64,000 nt of DNA from NCBI GenBank assembly GCA_000004985.1, contig GG738851.1; one strand, given 5' to 3'. This DNA is from Naegleria gruberi. Lineage: Eukaryota. The translations under genes were made by a program, and so were the position numbers. Position 1 is the first letter of the stretch, and each line of letters begins with the position of its first letter. Positions 47,736 to 59,096 of the stretch are shown in pieces. The notes beneath the pieces are model-generated. The model searched no databases. It saw nothing but the letters and a program-made list of their open reading frames with translations, and was not told where the DNA came from.

Positions 47736-48414
47736 ATGGATTCCACAACTCAACAACTTCCAGAACAATCTCCTCTCTCACTCCCAGACGTTACCACCAA
47801 GAAGAAAATCTTCCACCTCGTCAATAATATTCTTCTCTTGGCATTCTGTGTTATTCTATTCCTTTATCACATCATTGCTGGTTTAATTTGGTTTATCAGT
47901 GGAATGCTTGGATATGGAATGTCAGATCTCTTTATGTTTTTCTTGAATTTCTTTACTTTATCCATTGGAATTACTGGAGTAGTTTCTCTGGCACGTGAAA
48001 ATATGAATATTGCGTATAGATATACCTTGTTGAGATTTAATGTTGGTTCTGCCATGATTGGTTTGCCATTCTTGAGTGTTTGCTATTTGTTTATTTCCTT
48101 AACTGGTAAGTTTTTTATTGTAAAATTGTTGAAATTTGGTTAATTTGTTAAATTGTAAAGAGTATGCTCATTCTGTTAATAATAATTATGTTTTTGGTAT
48201 CTATAATTCTCCTGGATTAAACTATGCTCACTGTACAATTGCCTTAATTTGGTCAATTGTCTCATGTGCATTGGCAATTAGTAGCTCCATAAGTGGATTT
48301 ATGTATTATCAATATTTTGATGAATTTAGATTGGAAAAATCAAAGCAAGAATTAATTCAATCTTGTCAACAAAAATCACTTACCACTAGCACTTCAGTCA
48401 TTGTTCAACAATAA
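47736..48414 (+). CDS. Tetraspan membrane protein, a paralogue of the divergently transcribed neighbour; exons 47736-48105 and 48161-48414
   Basis: The start is MDSTTQQLPEQ. The donor g|gtaagt follows ...FISLTG and the acceptor is gtaaag|. Like its neighbour, it has two helices on each side of the intron. Confidence 0.4.
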
Positions 48415-48732
48415 AGATTAGTTTCATTTCTTGAAACTTTCGAATATTGCAACTCTTCCTATTGGAGTTTTTATTCAAATTAATCTACAATCACTCAACT
48501 CAAAACAGTTTACAATAATCTTCTATTACATCTCAATGAGGAGTTGTTTAATTCATTAAAGAGGACTAGCCACCTTTTCAACCACGCCAACAGCGACCTT
48601 CTGCTCAACATACCACAAGGAATAAGATAATAATCAACTCCTCCAAAGCGCTTTATCTAGTCCTCTAGAGGTGATAGGCTTTGGCGGTCTATCGAACGGA
48701 ATTTTTTATCCAAATAAAAATTTGCCGCTCAC

Positions 48733-48821
48733 CACAAGAAACACCAACAAATAAAAAACTCTACAAGAAACACCAACAAATAAAAACTCTACAAGAAACA
48801 CCAACAAATAAAAAACAACCA
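48733..48821. repeat. Tandem direct repeat of about 30 bp in 3 copies, immediately upstream of the P450 start codon
   Basis: The units are caagaaacaccaacaaataaaaaactcta, then caagaaacaccaacaaataaaaactcta, then caagaaacaccaacaaataaaaaacaacc. Confidence 0.7.
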
Positions 48822-48840
48822 ATACCACCAACAGGGGAAA

Positions 48841-50743
48841 ATGATGAGGAAGAAGCTATTGTCCAACAGTTCTGCTTTGAAACAAGTTATTTCATCAGCA
48901 AATGTGCCACATGCTCTCACGATGAGAAGTTTTCATGTTAATTTGAATAATTCAGATGGAGCCAACACCACAGCAGCAGCAACAACATCCACCTCCAGTA
49001 CTACTACTGCCATTCCATCGGCATGTCCTTATCATCAAAAGCAACAAGCAAGTGATGTTCCTCCTCCAAAACCATTCTCTGAAATTCCTGGACCAAAGGG
49101 ATGGCCACTTATTGGAAATTTACCACTTTTATATAAGAATAGTAAGAATAATATTGGACCATTCTTTATGGATCTACTGGACACGTATGGTCAAACTGTA
49201 AAATTAGATATTTTGGGAAAGAAGATTATTCTACTTTCCAATCCAGATGATATGGAGAAACTTTACAAAAATGAAGAAAAGAGAACTCAATCAGAAGGTT
49301 CTAGATTCTACAAAATGGAAAAGGGTGTCAGATTAGCCCCAATGGAAATGAGATATGAAGAAAATTGGAATGACATTCGTCAGATTTACAATATTGCAAT
49401 GAAACCAGATTTTCATGAAACTGTTACACTTCCACATTTGAGTGAATTGAATTCAGAGTTTGTTAAGAGATTGATGAGATATTTGGAACCTGGTGAAGGT
49501 GATAAGTATAGATTGACAAATGCTGTTGATGCTATTTCTAAATATGGATTTGATGCTGTCATGAAGGTTTTCTTGGTAAGTTGACTTGTGATTAGCTCTG
49601 TATTTTAATGATATAATAAGGGAGTCAAAATGACTGATGAGTTGACAGCAACTTTCCCATTCAAAATTAGAGACTTCGTGGATCAATCTGTCAAATCACT
49701 TGACATTATTGGTAAATTAATGCAAAATCCACCAATTTACAAATATTACAAAACTCCACTTTACAAGCAATTGGAAGAAAGTTATGACAAGTCATTCGAA
49801 TATGCCAGATATGTCATGAATAGATTTAAGAGTAATCCAAGTGATAAGCCAAGATTTTATGAATTCTTAATGGAACGTTCTAAGGATGATCCAAATCCTG
49901 ATGCAATTGTTGAATCAGTCATGATTAGTTTCTTACAAGCTGGTAAGTTTTCGAATATTTTACATGAAAGTGAACTAATCATGTTGTAAAATTATCGATT
50001 ATCATATTCAATTATTACAATAATAGGTATTGACATTACAATGAGAATATTATGTATCACTGCATTCCGTCTCGCTCACCATCCAGAATATCAAGAAAAG
50101 ATCTATAAAGAATTATTAGATACATTCGGAGAACCAACTTTGGAAGAAGCCATCTCAGAAAATGGACTTCAAGTCACAAAAGAGCAATACAAGAAACTCA
50201 AGTTTACAAAACAATTTTTGGATGAAGTTTTAAGATTGAATCCATTCAGTTATATTGTCAGTGCTAGAGAAATGAGTAAAGATTTGGAAATTGGAGGATA
50301 CATCATGCCAAAGGATTCACTTGTCATGACCGTACAACAACATCCAAGTTTGAAGGATGAATATATTCCTAGAGCTCTTGAATTTATTCCTGAAAGATGG
50401 GAGAAGGGATCTCCTTATGCTCCAACAAATAGTTTCATTTCAGCTCCGTAAGTTTTTTTTTCACCTTTCTAATTTATTCTTAATTCTCAATTGAATTCCA
50501 ATAATAATTAGATTTGGAGTTGGAGCTCGTAAATGTCCTGGATCACGTATTGCTACTACTGAAATTCATTTTGCAATCATTAACTTTGTTAGACATTTCA
50601 AATTGTCACATGCTAATCCAGAAAAATTCCCAGACATGAGTTTCGATCAAGCGCTTCTCTACATTAATCTTGATAAGAATGCTCTCTATTTTACTCCTAG
50701 AGATCACTTGAAGGATCATTGCAAATCAGTTCAAAGAAAATAA
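48841..50743 (+). CDS. Cytochrome P450 (mitochondrial-clan-like); exons 48841-49575, 49621-49942, 50027-50447 and 50512-50743
   Basis: PGPKGWPLIGNL is the N-terminal hinge. AGIDITMRI is the I-helix. PERW is present. FGVGARKCPGSRIA is the heme-binding Cys motif, and it is split by an intron. The N-terminal 35 aa are Arg/Ser-rich and look like a presequence. Three gtaagt donors are present and frames verify. Confidence 0.7.
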
Positions 50744-51328
50744 ATAATTTCTTTGAAGCTAATATTCCCCATGATTATGATTAGAATAATATCGTGCAAG
50801 TTAGCTTAACCTAGTATGTTGTTGTTAAAACAATTACTTGTGTCTGTTAATTTTTGTGAAGACTCCGAAGGGTATCTTTACTCTGTGATGATGAAATGAT
50901 GAATTTTCTATTGTTGTTGATTATTAATATTTTTTTGAAAATCAAAAAAATCTTTAACGTTTAACAATGTAAAACATCAGCCAGGAATATATTCGAGTTA
51001 AACACACAACATTATAGGAAGAGGTTGGAGTATTGTTGAATAAGAAGGAATTTGATTATTATATCAACATGTTGTTCTTGCAATCATATGCAGATGGACC
51101 CTTATCAAATAGTTTTTCTTCCTACTCAGTAGTCATCAAGATTAAAATTATAAATATTTAATTACTTCCGTAACATCATTGGATTTTGTGAATGATAGAG
51201 TAATAATCAAACTTCCGAACACAGGAAATTAAAATTGATATATTAATATTTACTATAATTTAAATTACTAATTAAATTCCTAGAGTTTCATCAAATTATT
51301 TTCAATATTATTACTAATATTATTATTT

Positions 51329-52495
51329 TCATCCTTTAATAGTTCCTCTACACTGAGCACTCTCACAGAGACATTCAAAGGTTGTTCCATCAAGACCCTC
51401 ATCAAATGATTCATAATCACTTGTAATTTCCTCTCCTACATTAATATCCTTTGCAGCAACCAATTCATAATCATCATCAGTAATATAATTCATGGTACTA
51501 TTCGGATCACATGAGTGATTCTGGAAAGTATCAAAACCATAGAATTCTCTCATGCCATTTCCTCTCTTGACAGTGTGAACCACCTTTTCCAACCACAATC
51601 TCTTTCCATTCAATTCAACAACAATGTTGGTGTCCTCGGGGAAGATTATTGAATGATTCTTAAAGATGGTTTCACCTGCTTTGTAAGAACGAGAAGCTAC
51701 CATTCTATATCCTTTACATGGACCTGATTGAATAATTACTCTGTCGATTGGACATTTCAAATCTTTCACAAACATGAATTTGTTTGTTGGATCTTCAGCC
51801 ATGGCTTGCAAAACTTCATCATCCACGAATTGAATTCGCTCTTTTTGTTCTTCCAGAGTCAAGTATTTAAAACCAGCAACTCTACCAATACAATTACTTG
51901 AACCACAACAACACTTTTCAATTACCTTTCCATGACAATCATATTCGAAAATGTTATAATCACAAGTAATTTGATCTCCTGGATTAATATCACGTAAAGC
52001 AACCATAGCATATTGATTAGTAATCTTCATTTCCTCTGTTTGTTCACTAATAGTGCTTGGATCACAACTATGATTCATGAACGAATCGAACAAGTACAAC
52101 CACCTTTGATTTTCGTTAAATTGAACAGAGTGAGTGTCTGTATTCAATTTAAATGTTCCCTGATCGGTGATAAGAGTAAATTCAGCATAGACATTTGGAA
52201 TGACAATTTGTCTACCAACATAAACAGAAGAGTTTTTAGCAAAGAATTTGGTGGCAAACAAGCCAAAACCATATTCACCAGCTTTGATTGCGATTCCCTC
52301 TGGTATTGTTTCATGAATTGTATGGGAAGGAGAAGAGGCCATTATGTTGAATTTTTTCTTCAGTGAAGAGAGATGTAAGTTGTTGTACGACAGAATTTCT
52401 CGCGTGAAAATCACGCCAAAACATATCACCAATAACAGGAATTCATCTCCTTTCATCAAGTTTGCGTATATGACAGAGCTTATTGTTGCGTTCAC
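51329..52495 (-). CDS. Protein with two tandem SET-like domains, each followed by a Cys-rich post-SET segment
   Basis: The first unit reads FMNHSCDPSTI...GDQITCDYN...CCCGSSNCIG. The second reads FQNHSCDPNST...GEEITSDY...CLCESAQCRG. The true start is probably MASSPSHT... within the ORF. Confidence 0.5.
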   Translation of the reverse strand: MNATISSVIYANLMKGDEFLLLVICFGVIFTREILSYNNLHLSSLKKKFNIMASSPSHTIHETIPEGIAIKAGEYGFGLFATKFFAKNSSVYVGRQIVIPNVYAEFTLITDQGTFKLNTDTHSVQFNENQRWLYLFDSFMNHSCDPSTISEQTEEMKITNQYAMVALRDINPGDQITCDYNIFEYDCHGKVIEKCCCGSSNCIGRVAGFKYLTLEEQKERIQFVDDEVLQAMAEDPTNKFMFVKDLKCPIDRVIIQSGPCKGYRMVASRSYKAGETIFKNHSIIFPEDTNIVVELNGKRLWLEKVVHTVKRGNGMREFYGFDTFQNHSCDPNSTMNYITDDDYELVAAKDINVGEEITSDYESFDEGLDGTTFECLCESAQCRGTIKG

Positions 52496-54794
52496 TTGCT
52501 AAAGTCTATTTACTATATAGTAATAATTTGAAAAAGTTGCCTATCAAGTATTAAAGAAGTATATTTAATTGACTAATAACGGTTTGTTAATGTTTCAAGA
52601 AGATTGGCTATGTACTTTTAGCAGAATCATGATTTGTTATCATGAATATTCCGAATTTGGTAAACAACAATATAAATAATAAATATATTGTTTATTATGT
52701 ATTTGAATAGTATTTCTGTGTTTTTGATGTTCTTGTATTTGAATTGGTGCTAAACTTGTTAATTTTCTTTTGCTTAATAGCTGTGTTGAACAAGTGTGAA
52801 ACTACCTTTAATTGCGGTGCGCATTTATTCCGATATCATTAAGGAACAATATTTATTAATATTATTTAGAGTGATGTTTCTCACTCCACAAATTATTTGC
52901 TTGTTGGCAGTACTAATAGCAGTATAATCGCAACGCTATTGGTGGAGGTACCATCTCTTATTCATCAAGTTGAATCTTAGTAACTTCTCCCATAATGTTT
53001 AATAAAGTATTGTTGGAGTTGTTTGGGTCAGTTTTATACACTTTCATTGTAAATTTATTAAATATCAAGTGGGTAATATTGAATTCTTTGTAGGAGCGGA
53101 AGCACTTACTCTTGTCAGTTGGAGTCAGTATTGTATTAAGGTTCATTTAAGGAATCTTAAAAAATACAATAACAACTCACCTGCATCAATATCATCAAGT
53201 ATATCATCTATATTGAATATGGAGCAACAGCAAGAATGTATGGAGTTGGTTCAACATGATTATTGTATTTGTCAAGGTTTGGAATACCACTGAACATTCT
53301 AATTTCACCCTTTTCACTACCCTCAGGATCATCAGCAAGGTTTCCTGTTCTCTTCTTGTTAGAGAGAGGTTTTTCATGAACAAGATAGTCATCTTCTTTG
53401 CTTTATTATTAAGTACTGAGAGTAGCGTTTTAGATTTATTTTGAAGAAATAAATAAAAATTTATTACGCACAAAACATCAACCACATGCCATCATCATCA
53501 ATCGGTGAATTGGCCATCATCATTATTGAATAATTTCTTGGAATTTATTGGATTAATAGTAGTTTATGGATTATTTGTTGGAATTACTATCCTATTGAAG
53601 ATGGAACATCAGCAACATCATCAAAATGATCTTGTTGAGGGAAGATGTTCAACCTTGTTTTGGGCGGTAGAATATCGTACCTCCACTCTACTCTCCTATT
53701 TTGATTGTATTGGTCCAAAGTTCATTTTCTGAATCAGCATATCCAGCAAAGGCCCCTCATCCAGCAAGTCACCAACCAAAAAAACACCGAATAATGCTTT
53801 TTTTCACAAATAACTCCTTCTTAATTTCACAAATAACTCCTTTGCAAAATTGGATAATTATCCAAAGAGTTGTTCCAATTCAGCAAATTCAATGAAGAAA
53901 AATATAAAGTGCTGATTTATTCTAAACCTGAGGGATTAACAACTTTTATATATTTTGATGTATACATATTATATTTGCTGTTCCTATTAACTTATGCATT
54001 GTGGCTTCAAGTTGGCATACTGTAACAACAATCTAAGGACTTGAAAAATATTCATAAAATGTATTCTTCATAACAAAACATAATCTAAATTAGTATCAAC
54101 ATCTTGTTTTATTTGCCATGTGATCCATCCACAAAAGTGACTGTATGAGAAGAATCTTAATTCCACCTTAATTTTTAATTTTTTGTTCTGAAACAGCAAA
54201 TCAACGGAAAATATTAATGAAAAGACATCATGTGATGAAATCCAGTAGAGAATGCATAAAACTGATTTTGATTCAAGAAAACACAACCCGTATACAATTT
54301 CCAGATCAATGTTTGATCAAAATCGCGAAGCTTTTTGGTTATGGTTGTATTGAAGTTTGATATCTCGGATCATTGGTTTTGATATTGAGTTTGCTAGGCG
54401 ACTTATGATGTCAAAATAAAAAAATAAAACTGGGTACCTATTTATGTAGACATCAAAACTTGATACCAAAATTGTTGTAAATAATTGGGTTGGAGAATCT
54501 CGGATACCTCTTACTCCAATCTCTTATTGATTCAAGATTTTGAAATTGTTTATTATTGAATTTTTATCGAAGCTTATTGTGACACCAATTGATTGAAGAA
54601 TGGGAAAGTGGCTGCATTAATTCAACATCTTGAAAGTGAACAAGGTTCTCATCTCAAGATTTAACTTAGTCGTCGCTAACATTTCATTAGTATTGTTGTA
54701 AAGAAGTTCCATAAACTTCATTCTCAAAACAAGTTGTTGAGAGGCTGTAGCCACAACCAATGAAATTGGAATAACAAAATTAGTGAAATATGAA

Positions 54795-55778
54795 TCAACC
54801 ATATAAACATTGATATTCAATTGAAAGATAAGACAAGTGTTTCATATCACGAATGACTGTTTCTCCTTCAATCTGAATTTCATTTTCTGAAATATCTAGG
54901 TGTGTTAATTTATCCATTCTACTGATTGAGATGGCACCCGCATTACCAATGAAACAATCTTGGATATAAAGTTCATTCAATTGTTTCATTTCACTAATCA
55001 TCCTTGCTCCTTCATCACCAATTCCAAAATTTTGACTAATGTAAAGTACAGTCAATTGATCCAATTCACTAATTGACTTGGCTCCAATAGGACTAATTCC
55101 ATTTAACGAAATATCGAGAATTTTCAATGATTTGATTTCACTTATAAATTTGGCTCCTTCATCACCAATATTATTGTAAGCAATATTTAGGAATGTTAAA
55201 TTATTCAATTTTGAAATAAATTTTGCAGATTTTGATGTAATTCTCAAGCTGCTAACTGTTAGATCAGTAAGATTGTCTAATTGACAAATTGATTCTATAC
55301 CTTCATCATTGATGGGATTATTACCAATGTTAAGGTAGGTCAAATTTCTTAATTCACTGATGGATTTGGCTCCTTCATTGAAGATTTGATTGATTTCCAA
55401 ATCAAGGCATGTCAACTGTTTCATTTCACTAATTAATTTAACCATATTGTCATCAATTAGATTATTTCCAATTTCCAAAGTGGTCAATTGAGTCATACGT
55501 CCTAACATGTTAAACCAATTGTCATTTAAAATATTGCGTGCAAATGTTATTGATACAAAACAATCCAAAAATTCATTATTTACTTGATTGACCAAATGAT
55601 TATTCGCCATCATTGAAAGCTCGGATCGATCTCGGATGACCTTCAACCATTGTTTTGTTACCATTACACAATTTAATAATACGAATTTCCAATCATCACA
55701 TAAATAGGAAATAATTTCATAAATTACATCATCAGAAAATATTTCTATTGCAATTATTAGCGAAACTTTGATCATCAC
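54795..55778 (-). CDS. F-box-like/leucine-rich-repeat protein
   Basis: The N-terminus DDVIYEIISYLCDDWKFVLLNCVMVTKQWLKVI is F-box-like. About 9 LRRs follow, with the pattern L..L.I..N.I.DEGAK.ISE(L/M). Confidence 0.55.
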   Translation of the reverse strand: MMIKVSLIIAIEIFSDDVIYEIISYLCDDWKFVLLNCVMVTKQWLKVIRDRSELSMMANNHLVNQVNNEFLDCFVSITFARNILNDNWFNMLGRMTQLTTLEIGNNLIDDNMVKLISEMKQLTCLDLEINQIFNEGAKSISELRNLTYLNIGNNPINDEGIESICQLDNLTDLTVSSLRITSKSAKFISKLNNLTFLNIAYNNIGDEGAKFISEIKSLKILDISLNGISPIGAKSISELDQLTVLYISQNFGIGDEGARMISEMKQLNELYIQDCFIGNAGAISISRMDKLTHLDISENEIQIEGETVIRDMKHLSYLSIEYQCLYG

Positions 55779-56127
55779 ACAAACCTTTAACTTGAGTCAT
55801 TTTTTTCAATATTTCCAGATACTACCGTGTTCCATCGAACATCGGAACAACTACCAACCATCATTATTGTTATTTATCATCATTATATAATAGTAATTTT
55901 TGTGGAAATAAATCTGATAATAGTAATATTTTAGTGAAATTCACTGCCAGATTCTAATGATAATTTGGAAAACTTTCAATCTATTGTATTGTTCAGCATG
56001 ATCTATTCCATCAGGTAAAATCACTTCCGAACTTTTTCCTATCTCAACATGTAATAATATTATTTCTCCGGAGATCAAGTATTTGAAAGCAGGAGTGGGT
56101 AGTTAATCAATTTCACAATTAAAAAAA

Positions 56128-57576
56128 ATGAAACTAAACGAATTGGAAGCAGATGTTTTTCCTCTCATTTACTCATTCATTTATGAGTTGCCATTAAAAA
56201 GTTACGAGAAACAAGAAGGAAATAGCTCAATAGGATGGAGTACATTGGCCTTCCCACATACCTGCTCTAAAATTCTGACAAGTTTAGATTCGTATGCACC
56301 ATTCCAATTCGAAAAGTTTATTCAATTTTATTGTCTTGGAATTAAGAATCATAGGTATGAAGAACTGGAACCAATTATTAATGGACAAGATGCAGAGTTA
56401 AAGGATATAATTCCTGTGGTTTTCTATTTGAATTTCCCACAATTGAGTTTTATTGAACATTTACAATTCGAAAGAGATTTAATTCCAATGGAGAGAAAAA
56501 TTAGAAAATCTTTGAGTATTACTAGAAATAGATATGAAGATTTTCTATTCAAAATTGATAGAATTATTGAAATGTTATCTTCCTTCATTAAAATAATTAA
56601 AAAGAAACTTGGAGTGGATGAATTGACTCAAGAAATGGGACAAGTTTTTCAATTGACTGATACAAAGATTCTGCTTCCAATTTCTAGTTTAGTATCTGTA
56701 ATTGAAAACGTTGATCAAGTTGTGAACAAGTGTATGAAAATATTTCATTGGAAAGCTTTTCGAAACTATTACTTTGAAGAAGAATATCTGCAAGTTCCAA
56801 AAGAATTACCTCTCATTAACAAAAAGTACAGAGACTGTGAAAGAATAATCTCAATCTTGAAGAATAATGAATCATTTGAGAGGGCAGATGAGTTGTTAGA
56901 CTTGTTGTCAAATCTCGAATGTTACTATTGTGATAAGCTTGCTGCTAGTATTAGTCAACTCTTTTTCCAAGGACAATTTGTAAGAAATAGAACTAATATC
57001 AAGCTATTAAGGATGATGCTGTATTATGGAATGTATAATAACTCTGCTCTCTTTATGAAATGTCCAGAAGAAATTCAAAATGATGAGGAAATTGTAAAAC
57101 GATTCGTTTTTTCCAGTCCAAATATGTATTCCCATATTCCTAGCAAGTTTAAACAAGATAGTTCAATAATTGAGATGTGTATTTTCCAAAGTGATAGTTC
57201 TATTGAATTTATTTATGAAGAAACAGTAGGAAGAGATTCTTTGTTCTACAGTTTAGTACAGTATCCAACAATATTTTACACTTACCTAGCAAAATGCACA
57301 GAAACTCAATTTGTGCAAGATGTTATTGAAATTTTCATTGAAGTTCTCAAACATGATAAATTCCATCCAACTCTTCAGTCTTTCTTTAGAGATGGTATGT
57401 TTTTACGGTCTATCCTATCTCATGGAAGAATTCTAAGTGAACAAAGAGATTGGGATGATCCAGCTATCCAAGAAATCAGATCTGATTTTGAAGCTTATCT
57501 GAGTGTTATTGACACTTTCAAACGTGAGTATCTCAATGACCATACCAGTACTTCAGACCTCCTCAAGTTGATCTAA
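56128..57576 (+). CDS. Hypothetical protein, 482 aa, with no recognised domain
   Basis: A single long ORF with ordinary composition. There is no internal repeat and no obvious intron signal. Confidence 0.35.
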   Translation: MKLNELEADVFPLIYSFIYELPLKSYEKQEGNSSIGWSTLAFPHTCSKILTSLDSYAPFQFEKFIQFYCLGIKNHRYEELEPIINGQDAELKDIIPVVFYLNFPQLSFIEHLQFERDLIPMERKIRKSLSITRNRYEDFLFKIDRIIEMLSSFIKIIKKKLGVDELTQEMGQVFQLTDTKILLPISSLVSVIENVDQVVNKCMKIFHWKAFRNYYFEEEYLQVPKELPLINKKYRDCERIISILKNNESFERADELLDLLSNLECYYCDKLAASISQLFFQGQFVRNRTNIKLLRMMLYYGMYNNSALFMKCPEEIQNDEEIVKRFVFSSPNMYSHIPSKFKQDSSIIEMCIFQSDSSIEFIYEETVGRDSLFYSLVQYPTIFYTYLAKCTETQFVQDVIEIFIEVLKHDKFHPTLQSFFRDGMFLRSILSHGRILSEQRDWDDPAIQEIRSDFEAYLSVIDTFKREYLNDHTSTSDLLKLI

Positions 57577-58630
57577 TAAATTGTATGGCCTCAGATACCC
57601 CATTCTAATATTGATTCAATTTGATACACACCTTATTGATACAACACTTGATTGATATTTAGAATTAATCATGTTGAATATGTTTAATTAATAAATTTTC
57701 AACTTTTCCAAAAATCAACTTCAACAATTAATGTACGATTATACGAATGATATTATAATCATTTCCAATTTCATATATATGATATAAAATGATGAAATAT
57801 ACCTTTTAGATTTGTTGAAAATATAATATATGATATCCTTAGTATTCTGTACTCATACTTCCTAAGGTGTTGACCAAGATGTTGACCTAAAATATGGAAA
57901 TACTCTAAAATTCAATCATACTGATAAATACAGTAGTTAATATGAATATTTATGATAAATCACTGAAGCAACCATGATTGGATCCCTTTTTGAAACTTTT
58001 GGAAGTCAACTTGGATGAAAGTAGGGAACGTTTGCTATGGTTAACACTTTTAAAGGGATATGAATATTTTATTGGATACTATCTGTTTTTACTGTACTTT
58101 ATCAATAAATATTGAATATCATGATGTTACAATCTATATTTCCAATTTGGGAAATGTTGCAGTTTTAATGTTTAATTGAAATATTGCCATCACGCCAATA
58201 ATATCATAAAAATGATATTATATACTTTAATTGAGATGTATATGAATATAGAATTGAAAGATTTGATTTTAGACATTTATTAATGGCATGGGTAGTTCAC
58301 TATGGTAGTAACTTATATGATAACTGTCTAAGATAATGTTCAAGTCATTCCTAAATTGATATTATAAGAATATATAATGATTAAAACATTATAATAATTA
58401 ATTGGAATTGATTATTAAACTGTATTGACGTATAAGAATGTTACCTTTGATGAATTGGGTCAGTAACTTGACAGATAAACCAGTTATATTGATGTTGATT
58501 TAAATTACCTCAGAAACGTTACAAATATCATTTATAAGAGTAGTGGTATGATATTTTATATTGTTGTATATCTTGATTTTGACTTGTAACGTGGTCATGA
58601 GTAATTGCTGACAGGGTTGTATACTGATTG

Positions 58631-58800
58631 TGTCCAATTGATATGAAATTGATAGAAACCTATTTATATGATGTTTATAAACATATGGTATCAGTTTGGT
58701 AAAGAATCTCATTGTCCTTAGGGTATTTTCCTATTGAGGTACCTTAATTGACCATCTCTATATTTAAATTGAGGTATGATGTTTATTTCAATTGTCATGT
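58631..58800. repeat. Subtelomere-associated repeat, copy A
   Basis: It is about 85% identical by eye to 63200-63367. Both share tgtccaa.tgat.tgaaattgatagaaacct...ctcattgtccttagggta...cctattgaggtaccttaattgac.atctc.atatttaa. Confidence 0.6.
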
Positions 58801-59096
58801 AAATGATGGATAAGTAGCCAAGGTGCGCATATGACACTGAATGGTGTAGAATCGGTATAACATTATTTTCAACATTTGCAAGTGCCATTTCTCATCATCC
58901 CACAAAAATTGTTTTTACATTAATTGCTAATGATTTTTATTAATTTTTATTAAGTCAATTTTATTAATAATTAATGAAAAGTCGTTAATAAAAACGTTAA
59001 ACCTTGTTCGTGAAGAAAATCGACTTTTAATGCGTTATTTTAACGTCATTAATTAATATTAATTATTAATGCTAATTCGCCAATAAACTGAGTGTT

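Noticed and set aside
48733-48821. Possible CRISPR-like array
   Set aside because: There are only three direct repeats and no spacers of unique sequence. The context is a eukaryotic promoter. It is a plain tandem repeat.
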